From NCBI GenBank assembly GCA_036172245.1, contig JAYWIR010000029.1:1674001-1738000 (forward strand): a DNA stretch of 64,000 bases, given 5' to 3'. The translations under genes were made by a program, and so were the position numbers. This DNA is from Raillietiella orientalis. Taxonomy: Eukaryota. Numbering within the stretch: the stretch's first letter is position 1; every line of letters starts with the position of its first letter. Under the pieces are notes generated by a model. That model ran no database searches. It saw nothing but the letters and a program-made list of their open reading frames with translations, and was not told the origin of the DNA. Positions 53,055 through 64,000 of the stretch are shown here, one piece after another.

Positions 53055-53990
53055 TCATCCATTTGGCAGATGACTTTGCAAATGCATTTTGAGATCTGGC
53101 AAGTTTTTTGGTGCATAGGAGCATTTATGACATCTCAATGGAGTGCGGAAGAAATTTCGTTTCATTTCTTCAGATATACATTCAAAATGACCAGTGTTTT
53201 CCAATTCTTCTATAACCTCTAACAATACAAAGCCATTAATATGTTCCATTCAAGGATTAATGAAAAAATGGCCTATATCAATGAAAGATTTTTCTCAAGT
53301 CTACTCAGTGCACAATTAATCAGAAATTAGAGAAACCACATTTCATAAACTCAACGAATCTACGAGTGCTACTTCCAAAACAAACACCCCACAATGTCAA
53401 TGACGTTGATGTTTCACAATACCTGCTGTTGAAATCAAATAATTTGTGTTAAAAGCATTCCAGTGGCGTTTGCATTTTAAGTGAACGGAATGGAAATCGT
53501 CACTGACAACGTGAAGATGAAGTGGTCGTAAACTGGGTCTGCGATGATAACCTACACTGAATCCAAACACCGTAAAAATTCAAGAGCCTTCACATTTACA
53601 ACTGAGATGTGAGTGACAAATTTTTAAAACTTTGATTACTATATGTCTAATATCAAAAAGTTATCTTTACAAACGGAATACTTACATAAGTACTTTTTCA
53701 GGGTACTTTTTCAAAACCAACTCTTTTGCTTTTGATTCCATGTATTTGAGTAAAGAGATGTGATCTGATTTCAATGAATTCAAGTTATCAATTTTCTCTC
53801 TGGGCAATACCAGCAAATGCAGCATTGCCTTGATGTTGAAGAATTCATTGTTCACAGTTATAAAGCAAAAATTAAATACCTTCGGGTATGAATCATATAT
53901 GATAATTATCTTTTCATCTTCGTGAAAAATACAAGAAGGATCTCTTGCTACTTCGAATAAAACAAAACGCCAATCTTTTGCTTTTGCCAT
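53055..53990 (-). CDS. APTX: Aprataxin (HIT domain plus C2H2 zinc finger, no FHA domain), 4 exons
   Basis: IYDSYPKAMLHLLVLP, GYHRRPSLRPLHLHVVSDDF, KRHWNAFNT, PLRCHKC...LKMHLQSH. Exons: 53990-53880, 53828-53686, 53556-53423, 53218-53055. Confidence 0.92.
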
Positions 53991-56900
53991 TAAGAACCTT
54001 GAAAATCAGTTAATCAAAAGCACATGTCAGAACCACTTTACAAAATGAATTGCAATCTCGTTATGCTATAAGACTACTTGTATTTACACATTTTCAAACC
54101 AATACAGTTACCCTTTGTCAGTTACATGTTACTTGGAACAAATACTTCAATTACTGAGGTAATGTATAATAAATGAGTTCTAGTCCCAGTAATGTACTAC
54201 TGTGACTACAAATTACGACTGCATTATCAGAAATACATAAAAGTATCGGAGGCACTGTTAGTTATGTCTTCAAACTGTATCCGAACTGCTTTATGCATGA
54301 AGTACCTAATTTCACGCTTCCATCATAACTAGAACATTAGTCCTTCAAGTATATAAGCTAATCCTAAACTGAACTGCCATGTAATCGCTTATTGGAATCA
54401 AATTGGGAAAAAAGAACCGGTAAAACTCGACCTGTTAAACAACGTCACAGCACCGAAGTTTGAACAAAATAGAGAGCTTGTTGCAGAATTTTGATCTGTC
54501 AAGCCAACCAGTGGTTCGCACTGGATTCAGGATACACGTACGAGCTCCAGGCCGCCCTTTTTCTGGCAGCGATACCTACCACACAGATAGCCGTTGGCTA
54601 ACCACCGTACGACAGCACCAACGTGGAAACCCCGCCTTGTTTGTTTTTGTCGCAACTACCAGCCGTGTGGTCCGTTTCAAGAAACGCTCTGCTGCTGCAG
54701 ATCATCCTTTTAAACACAACGACCGCCAATGTCTCGAATCTGAAATTTAACAAGCCCATTTCTACACATTCAGTTTCTTCCTCCCCCCCCCCCCGTTTCT
54801 CGCTACATGCATGTTCCCTACTTTTACCAGCCCGACTATTAGGTTACTCATCTTTCTCGACTGGTCAACGACAGCGATGGACTGCCAGGAAAGCAGAGAG
54901 GAAAAAATCAGTTGTGATGCTGACAGGTGCATTCAGGAAAGCATGAAACAAAGCAGTTATGCAAAGAAAGCTGCAGACGAGGAATCAAAAGGACCAAAAC
55001 TCTACGTAAAGCTCCAATAATCAGCCGTTTCTCGATACGATCCGTTTTCAGGTTTCTTAAATTACTTTATTTACAGTTTGTCTTTGTCAAAGTAGGTTGA
55101 TTACGCAGTTTCTGTCTCTCCCCAAAAACTTCACCTTTTTCATAGTTGGAAGATTTTCCAAAAAGCAATCACTCAAGGGTGAAAAAGTACCACCTGAATG
55201 AGAAAGAAAATGTCATAAATCCTTTTATTACTTTTAGAGTCCAAGATATTCTTCCTAAGACAATGATGGAATACTATTCGTAATTAAGGGTTAAGGTTCG
55301 TAATTAATACTATTTGCATTTTCATTTTGAATTTTGGCAATGAAGAATTAACAACCTGATTGTTAATCAACACTCTCCAGAACAATAACAGTATGCAGAA
55401 ACTCCTATCTATGAAGAATTATGAAGATGAAATTCAAATTTGTACAGAGCTCCTTATAATTTCCAATAATTGTAGGTTTTCACTGTGATTCTCTGAACAC
55501 ATTGTTATGTAAGCGAATGCGACTGAGATTATGTAAAATTGTTAATTAACAATGTACTTCAACAATTGGGCTTTCTCAGTTTAGTGAACTATGTAAAAGA
55601 TATCTGAAAAAAGCTGAAGTATCAAAGAAATCATGAGCCTTTATAACTGTTTCCTCGTGATATTGGTAGAAGAAATAGAGAACATATACAAATATAAAGA
55701 GAACCATAAAATTAAGAAAAACTGCTCTTCTCATCTAAATGTCTACTATAAAAGAGTTTATGGATACGTCGATATAAACTGACATCATATAAAGCAGTGC
55801 TATGTGTTTTAGTCATTTCATTACATTCCAAAGCTCATTTGGGAAACTGGCAAAAACGATCATGATTATCACACTGATGCTTTTCCTATGTTTCCTATGA
55901 TTAGTATTTCGTTTATGGATGGAATAGAGAACAAAATCCGCAGGAACCATTTTGAACTACTTTCATTTCCTAGATGAAACTTGAGATACAAATCTTATAA
56001 CGAAGCCGTTTTGCAAATAGTAATGTATTTTTGGAAATTCAATCTGGAAGTAACTAAATTCTTAGCAAAGGCTCTTGCTATAAACCTTTTATGATTTTCA
56101 TTTTTCTTCCATATCTAACTTGCGTTTCGGTTACTGAACGTAGTTTTATAAGAATTCTGTTTGTTACTATCTTTATCGTAGTGTTTCTCTGAATTCTAGC
56201 CTAAAACTTTTGAATCCTAATATCCTTTGCAAATCTTCCAAATTATTTTTAGTTGCCCTTGAATGCTTTTGACTGTATCACAATAATATTTTATCTTATA
56301 TCTAAACACTCAATTTTAGGTTCTTCAGATATTCTGTCTTCAGTAACGGAATTCAACCTTTGCCTTTTGTATTCCTTTCTCATAAAAATTACATTTCGCT
56401 TGATCTTTTTTCATTGTCCTTGAATAATTTTCCAAATTTTAGAATAAGTTCAACTCTTTTATCATAATCGTATTCCCGTAAAATAATTCTATATTTGTTG
56501 TCGATTTTTAAACTGAACGAGCTCATTTCTGTACAAACAGAAATACTACTCTAATGAAGCGAATTCGAATTATTAATCAAATACAAATGAAATGAGCGTT
56601 AGACTTCTTAAATACAGTAGATAATTAAATTACTAAAAAAATGAAAGACTGAACGCTCACTAAATTCAAGTATTTATCAAAGTTATATATTATGTCAAAA
56701 TCAAGCTAGTAATGAATTTATTTATTGCTAGCTTGATTCATTTAAGATAATTTCAAAACTTATTAAAGAGATCAGTAGGAATTTCTCTTAGAATGCTTTC
56801 CAGACTTACAGTACTAATGAGAATTTTTTAATATGAAACGTGTTTTTTTAAAAACATACGGGATGTTAAAATACACCGATAGTGATGAACTGTCAAGGCA

Positions 56901-57457
56901 GGATGAACCCCTTCAATATCTTCAATACAAATCGGGATTTATATGAACTTGTACAATTTTTTACTCGTAATTAAGATTTACTTCATGGTTATTAGAACTT
57001 TTCAAGTTGCAGAGTAATGTTGGAGTCCTGTCAAAAACTGAATTGATGGTAGTACGAATTAATATGAAAGTTTATGGTGGCAAAGGGTGCATAAAACCGA
57101 GTATTCCAGCTTCGTGGTTGAAGAAGCATAGCCTTCGCTTGTATTAGATATATTTTGTGTTATCGCTTGGCAAAAGTCAATTAAGAAACTCATGGTGATC
57201 AGCATCCAGAATGTGTTTTTCACGTAGTTTCTTCCATTAAAACTTCAGGGTATGTCCAGCACTTCCTTGTGAATTCCCATAGTACGCTTATTTGGGATGT
57301 GATGAATACCCTGTGTAATGTGGTTGCTCTTGTGTGGTTATAATGATGCATAAGCTCGACAAACAACCATTATAAGAAAAGTAAGGTTTGGTAAGTTGGG
57401 ATTTCGTAATATTTGCTCCAGAATGTAAGAACTTTTAGTATTCTAGCTGAATAATCG

Positions 57458-58873
57458 TTGGTTGGAAACAAGTTTCTAAGGAATCCATTGAATTCAAGTA
57501 CTTTTACGTTTCACCCAATAATCAATTCATTTGATAATATGGTATTAATTCTGAAAGCTCGAAGAATACAGAATCATGAAGTAGGAACGCATGAGATTAA
57601 GAGCAGTATTCATAAAGGGGGAGAAAATTTGGAGTATATAAATAAATGTTATAAGTTTTGCAAACGACATAAGCCCAAAGCTAGTGATGATTTTCTCCCT
57701 GATGAACTAAAATGGAAGTGGATTAATGTGCTTATCAGAAAAAGCTTTCTGTATAACCAAATAGTGACACTTTACAAAAAAGTAAAGGAAATTAATCATA
57801 AAAACTCTTGTTTCTGTGCGGAAAATTTGTTTTTATTTCTTTTAATTGATGTGATCTTGGGTACCCTATTGACATGGACTGCAAGTTATTTGTATTCTAT
57901 TCAAGAAGTGCATGCTTCTTTTGTAATCTGTATTGATTCTGTCTGTGAACAACTCGAACAGTTAATAATATGGTTGATGGGAAATCCTGCTGGTTTCAAA
58001 CTCAACGCTCCTTTATCCAGAGCTTTAGGAACTTTTTTTTTGTACCACTTGTATTTGTGGAACAATTATATCCTTTTGACTGCACCAATAATTGATCTTT
58101 TGATAAGATTGTCCTTTATGAGTGGTTACTGTGGATTTTCATTTCAAGTAGCAGTTGTAGCTGATTTGTTATCTTTTGCAACAATATATGTCCATTGCTT
58201 TTATATCTATGCTCTTAGGTAGGTTCTCAAATGATTCACTACTGTAGTTGCCTTCAGATTGTATAGATTGGAACTAAGAGGTTTGATATCCTTGTGGCGG
58301 TTGTTCAGAGGAAAAAAATGGAATCCATTAAGAAATCGTGTTGACTGTGCAACATTTGCTGTTGATCAGTTATTCATTGGAACTCTTATATTTACAATAC
58401 TCCTGTTTTTTTTCCCAACTATACTGATTTTTTATATAGTTTTCACAGGAGTAAGTTATTTTTTTTATTATGAATTGCTGTACAATTGACCAAATGCCGA
58501 GTCACGGATCGAAAATTAAATGCCTTTTAGCTTCGTGTTGCTGTGCTGGTTGTAGATGCTATAATCTTGAGATTGCTGAGTTTCTGGAACAATATTTTTC
58601 TGTATACATTCATCATATGGATCTTTGGATGTCACCCCGTCAGTGGTAAGTTTATTTTGTAATTGGGCATCCATGTATTTTGTTGTAGATTGCTTTAGAC
58701 TTAAACCTCAGCAAATTGATGAGAGTCTTGTCATCAGAGTGCAGTTGTTGCAGCCAAGTTTGCTGCAATTAATGATGGGTGCCCCTAGTTATGGCTTCCA
58801 TCTTTCAGGATTCCATTTTTTCCATCTTCTGACTTGCTTAGTTCAGGGTCAACGAGTAGAGCTCTTTTCGTGA
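57458..58873 (+). CDS. PIGQ: GPI-GlcNAc transferase subunit PIG-Q/Gpi1; 5' end unresolved
   Basis: [58 protein letters not shown]. Introns 58219-58257, 58451-58530, 58646-58688; stop 58871-58873. First in-frame ATG is at 57539; upstream exons are possible. Confidence 0.9.
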
Positions 58874-58958
58874 TATCTTTGTCTGGGAGGGAAGGGATGG
58901 TTTGGGAATGTTAGGAGTTTGTAATTCAAGATTTTCCTCCTTTAGATTCTAGGCTACA

Positions 58959-59434
58959 ATGGCAAAGCATCATCCAGATTTAATCTTTTGCAGGAAGCAG
59001 CCAGGAGTAGGTACAGTGAAGCAAATGCATGTTATCCATATCTGCAATGTATATTTTGTTTTCTTACAGCTATTGGACGATTATGTGAAAAATGTAAGTA
59101 GACATTGGGGAGCAGTGACATATAAGAAAACAGGTGATGGCAAATGTGTCATCTGTGACTCATATGTGCGACCATCAACCTTGGTCAGGATTTGTGATGA
59201 ATGTAATTATGGATCATACCAAGGACGCTGTGTCATCTGTGGAGGTCCAGGTGTATCTGATGCATACTACTGTAAAGAGTGTACCATTATGGAGAAAGAT
59301 GTGAGTTTCACGAAGGTTAACAAAGTATTGATTTTATATTGCAGCGGGATGGCTGCCCTAAAATTGTCAATTTGGGAAGCTCTAAAACAGATCTCTTTTA
59401 CGAGAGGAAAAAGTACGGCTTTAAAAAAAGATAA
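58959..59434 (+). CDS. PHF5A: PHD finger-like protein 5A (SF3b subunit, Rds3), 4 exons
   Basis: [39 protein letters not shown]...[14 protein letters not shown]. Exons: 58959-59010, 59070-59093, 59134-59300, 59345-59434. Confidence 0.98.
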
Positions 59435-59918
59435 CATATATTATCACAATCAAAGAATGTTTATACTTGTAAATACATGTTTTCTTACAAAATTGTGTTT
59501 CATAAATCCAGGTCATGTTGCAGTTTTACTGTTTACTATTTAATATAACACTAAGCAGTTATTATGAGACCAGTTTAGTTGAGATAATTGGCAGTGCAAT
59601 TTGCCATAACATGGGAAAGCCTGTTCGCACTTCATACTGGATTATAAATACATTGACATTTTATTACAAAACTTAATTCACTGGTATTTAATTAGAACAT
59701 ACTAAATCACATGTGTCACTTGCTTAATTTCTTTTTCTTTTTTTATCCCAGTTGACGCCCTTAGCGAACTCCTGGAAAGCGACTAAAAATTAGAACACAT
59801 TATTAACACTGACGCAGCAGCTATTACAAGACTTAATGTAGGCACGTCACCGCCAAAGATCTCACTTTATTCGAAGCACAGTTGAATTATACTATTCTTC
59901 ATAAGCGATTTACAACTT

Positions 59919-62031
59919 TCACATCGACATGTACGAAACGTCACTTAGCATCCTACACATCATGAAACGGCAGGTTCGGCGGCGATGTTTCCCTGCAAGC
60001 GGATGGAAGGGCAAAGCGGCAGAGGGCGGTGCCGCCTGCCCGCTGTGCCGTGCGGCCGCTTTCCCAACGGGTGCAACGTGGGGAGGCTTCCTTCCCTCGT
60101 AGAGCCCGGACCCAAAGGGCAGCGAGCGATGGTTTCGCTGCTGGTTTCCTGCGGCGGCGTCCATCTTTCCACCGCTCTTCCATCTCGCTTCGTGAGCCAG
60201 GTCGCGTTCGGATGCTGAGGTGCTGCGTGCCTCAGTGACTCCATCCCAACGTCGTTTGTCGTTCGCACCCCTTTTAATAAACTCCCGCCCACGATCGTGA
60301 TTATCAGCAGTATCGGCAGTGTTCTGATTACACGCCAGCGTAATGGGAATGGTCACGGACTGTTTTCGCTGCGATTCTGCTCTACTCGTTGTCGACCGGA
60401 AGCCGGGCGTCGTCGTCCGGCTCACCGATCGTCCGCCGTTCCCTCTTTGCAAGAACGCGCTCGACCACGGTCGGTCGGCGGTCTACCCGCGCGGGGAAGA
60501 GGAAGTTTCGGGACTCGTGGCACGGGTGCCTGCTGCACTTTGGCGTGGGTGCTGTTGCAGACAAGGCGTGCGGAAGGAAAGCAAGAAACCTGACGTCTGA
60601 CGTCCGTGTCCCTCCTTGCTCAGGTGCGAAGTCTGAGCTCAGCTGGCGCTTCTTCCGAGGTTCTTTCTTTGGCAGGAGGTATCTGTCGGACGTGCCACCT
60701 ACGTTCGCGCGCGCAACATTCGAAAGCTGGCGCTTTGCGGTCTCTTCTCTGGTGCGTCCGGCTCGCCACAAAGCAAGACGAGCAGCGACGTGCCTTCCGA
60801 CTTGTCCAGAAAGGACCGTTGTGTCCAGCGAACGCGAAGGCTTTCATCGAAGCGACTCGTGGCGTTCGATCCGTCTGCAGGCATCCTCGTCCTCCCTGTC
60901 CACTCTCACCTGGAAACGAGGGTGGCGCTTGGGATCTGCGTTACGGACTGTTGGAGCTGCGAGCAGATGTGCAGCTGCGAGGCGCTGCGAGAGAGCGGTT
61001 TCGTCTGCTGGGTTGTCGCAGGCTCTCGGTTGCGTGTCTCCCCTTCTCTCCGCTGCGCGGAGTCTTTTGTGTTCCGGGTTTTCCTTGGACCGGATGTCTC
61101 GCTGCGACTATCGGATGCAGTTGGCAGCAGCACGCGTCGCTTTTCTTCTCGCCTCTTGCCGTGTTGTTTTGTTTTGCTTTCGCTTGCCATGCTTCTTTGC
61201 CCGCTCACCCCCTTTCCACGATTCCTCCCTGACGCGCCTAGCAACTGACAGTCGCGGAGGAATTTCGCAGCCACTGATCCGAGGTTCCCGTGAGCGCAGA
61301 GAGGGAGGTGAAAGTTGCGCTGAGGGGGGGAGGTGAACGTTCGATTGCAGCATCGTCCAAGACAAACTTCTGTGCCTCGGAATGCGATTGTCGCGCGGGG
61401 CCGAGATGCTGGGCGATGCCGATGGATGCGTTCGGCGCCTGATTCCATGGACGCGAAAGTGTTGTGCTTTGGATGGGATGCATGGGTCGGTGTTTGCGTT
61501 GCGGACCTGCTGGCACGAAAACGACGGAGCGCATCTGGCACGGAGGCTGTGCGGCACGCAAGCAAGCGAGGGTGGATGGGCGCGTCTGCAACGGTGTTCT
61601 TCGAGGAGACCTGACCGAAACGGGAGCAACAGCTGACCTCGGAAGAAAGCAGAAGCTTCGGGCTGCGTGTGAAAATCGGTGGTAGCTCGCGAACGTGCGG
61701 GATGTTTTCTCGACGGAGCCGCGAAGTTGGATTTTGAAGGAAGATGGCGATTGCAAGCCCGACTGGGGGATGTAATTTCGAATAAGGGGATGCGAACGGC
61801 TGGCCCCTTGATACATGGATGTTGAGTCGCGGGAAGGAACCTGGTGATCGCAGTTTCTCCCCGAGGGCGTCGGAGGACTCGGGAATGTGGGCGTTCGCGT
61901 TTTCTAGGTGTGCGGGAAGAAGGGGTGGCATCGATCCAAGTGCAGGCGGCGCTTGGGATGTTCTTTCGAAGTTTCTTTGAGACGATGGGATACGAACGGG
62001 CGTGCAGCAAACTTTGAGTAACCAGGTGCAA
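59919..62031 (-). other. GC-rich gene-like segment, product unidentified (divergent gene or pseudogene)
   Basis: Long minus-strand ORFs; the last ends at 59919 with AATAAA (tttatt at 59866-59871) about 50 nt downstream; candidate donor CAG|gtgaga near 60909. No recognisable domain. Confidence 0.3.
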
Positions 62032-64000
62032 GGTGCAGGCGATTCAGGGATGCAACAAGATGCACGGTTCTGAATGGTGCACTTTTGCTATGTGGTGAAG
62101 AGAAAATTCTGAGCTTGTACTGGTCTCGTGCTAAAGTAAGCTATTGAAGCACAATGGACCTTGGAAACGTGTTTTCTACAAAAATATTGTTTTGATATGA
62201 ACAAATATTAGGATGTCGACTGAAGTTTCCTTAGAGTCTTCGTTTCTAAAAATTCTTGTGTGCCTATATATTTGAGAAGTACATATACATGGATAAGATA
62301 ATAAATGTTATCCATGTTTATAAATTTCATATTCATAGGAGTTATACATTGTATGCAACTTTGATAAATACAGTGCTTTGTATATCTGGGAACATCGTTA
62401 AATGTAGTAATGTTTGCAGTCTATTATTGAATTTGTGTCTTGTTGTATGTCTCAACCGAATTATTTGGTGCACACTTTAGTCTTTTATTGTGTCGTCTAA
62501 TGGTATTTCTCTAATCATTGCAATTATGCATGTGAAACTGAAATTCGTATTTAAACAAGGTAATATATGAAATACAGTTTTCTCCAAACTGTATTACATA
62601 CATACTGTGGGAGATCATTTCAATAGAGTATTGTGAAAATCTTTGTTTTTCTGAAATCCATTATTTCATTGGCAGTTACCTGTTTTTGAATTCTGAAGAT
62701 CATTTTCAAAGATCAGATGTGTACATTCAGGTAATTAACAGGTGTGGGGGGAAAGAGTAACGTAGATGAGCTGAAATGAAAAGTAATAAACATTTATTTG
62801 TTCTGACTAAATATCTACTTTCCTTCCAGTATATAATCTGATCTGATCTGATTGAATCTGATCTTTCCAGTATATTCAGTTCAGAAGGTATTCAACTTCA
62901 AATTGTTCAAAATGTATCTGCAGCAGTTGCTTAATTTTAAATATATTCATTTATATAATTCTATATTCCTCAATTTTCCATTATATGATTTTATTATACA
63001 ATTTCACTGTAGGGTAAAGGTTTTGACTAATAGCTGGTTTGCAGTCGACGTAAGAAGCAGCGGTCACTTGTTCTATTTTTTGTAGTTTCATTTCCAAACT
63101 CAAAAAAGTGTCCATGTAGTTTACATAAATGTTGCGCATAAACCAAATACGATCGTATTTTGAAACTTATCTGTCAATAAGCGTACTAATTTTAGCTTAT
63201 AATGCGTAGATTTGCTCAGCCTTGAGAGATGGCGACTTAAAAGGAACAATGACTATTATATTTTACCTTCTCATACGAACAAATGGAAACAAATGAAAAT
63301 AATGGATACGAAAGTTTACTAATTTTTTCACTGACTTATAGTTTTTACGATATTCAGAAGATATACTTGATAATAAAAACTTTTCAAGCATGTTTCATTA
63401 TAAGTTTGTTTTGGTATTCATTTAATGGAGTGGAGTTTGGTATTTCTGTTTAAGGAAAACACTGCATGTTGTTTACAAAGGTGTTTGGACGGAAAATTGT
63501 ATCAAAATGCCTTTAAACGTAGAAGGTTCGCCCAATTCTGCGCAGAATTTGAATTTTCCTAGCCCGATTATCACGAGACGAACGAGAACTCTATCTACGT
63601 AAGTATTTACGTGTGCCTGGCCAAAACATCAGATATGCAATACAGCCCATAAAGCATGTTGAAGGCATTTTCAAAACTTTAAACATAAGTACATGACTCT
63701 GTAGAATGATTGAACCCTCCGTAACCTAAAGCTGTGAAATGCCATTCTCTTGCTGATGATTTTGAAAAGCATAAGGCATTGTTGTAAACATTATTTCTGT
63801 ACAAGTTCATTATGAAAGTGTAACACAATAGGTACTCAATTAAAAGGCATAGCAAGGGTAGGTGTTAATAGTTCATCAGCAATCGACCACTTTCGAAACC
63901 GTTAGTATGTTATTTTTCCAGCATTTGTTGTTTTCTGTTTATAAAGGTAAAGTTCTCTTTCTAATTAGTGCTTTGCAGACTACTTGTTTAGGGTAATGTT

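Noticed and set aside
58959..59543. 194-aa PHF5A ORF from the track as an extended protein
   Set aside because: Artefact of reading through introns; splicing gives the canonical 110-aa protein.

Overview
Eukaryotic, probably ecdysozoan invertebrate, genomic DNA; the organism cannot be named from the sequence. An AT-rich, compact backbone carries eight intron-containing housekeeping genes, which I reconstructed exon by exon: DDX27 (-), MEMO1 (-), DHFR (+), PDK (-), non-muscle myosin essential light chain (+), FHA-less aprataxin (-), PIGQ (+, 5' end unresolved) and PHF5A (+). Most introns are 39-59 nt and AAG acceptors are unusually common. GC-richer islands (about 1-4.9 kb, 13.1-24.3 kb, 32.3-35.0 kb, 59.9-62.1 kb) interrupt the backbone. 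They hold an intron-retaining CAP (cyclase-associated protein) pseudogene, three decayed copies of one L1/Tx1-like family, a NeSL/Utopia-like RLE retrotransposon remnant, a nested internally deleted piggyBac, and unidentified gene-like DNA. The most notable observations are: DHFR and PDK stop codons only 9 bp apart; an operon-like PIGQ-PHF5A pair 85 bp apart; a precise 120-bp intron-containing copy of MEMO1 exon 5 inserted into a LINE 4.3 kb away; and a direct-repeat-flanked 39-nt U2 snRNA 5' fragment ending at the branch-point pairing sequence. No prokaryotic features, CRISPR array or rRNA were seen. Exon coordinates were derived by hand; element boundaries are approximate.
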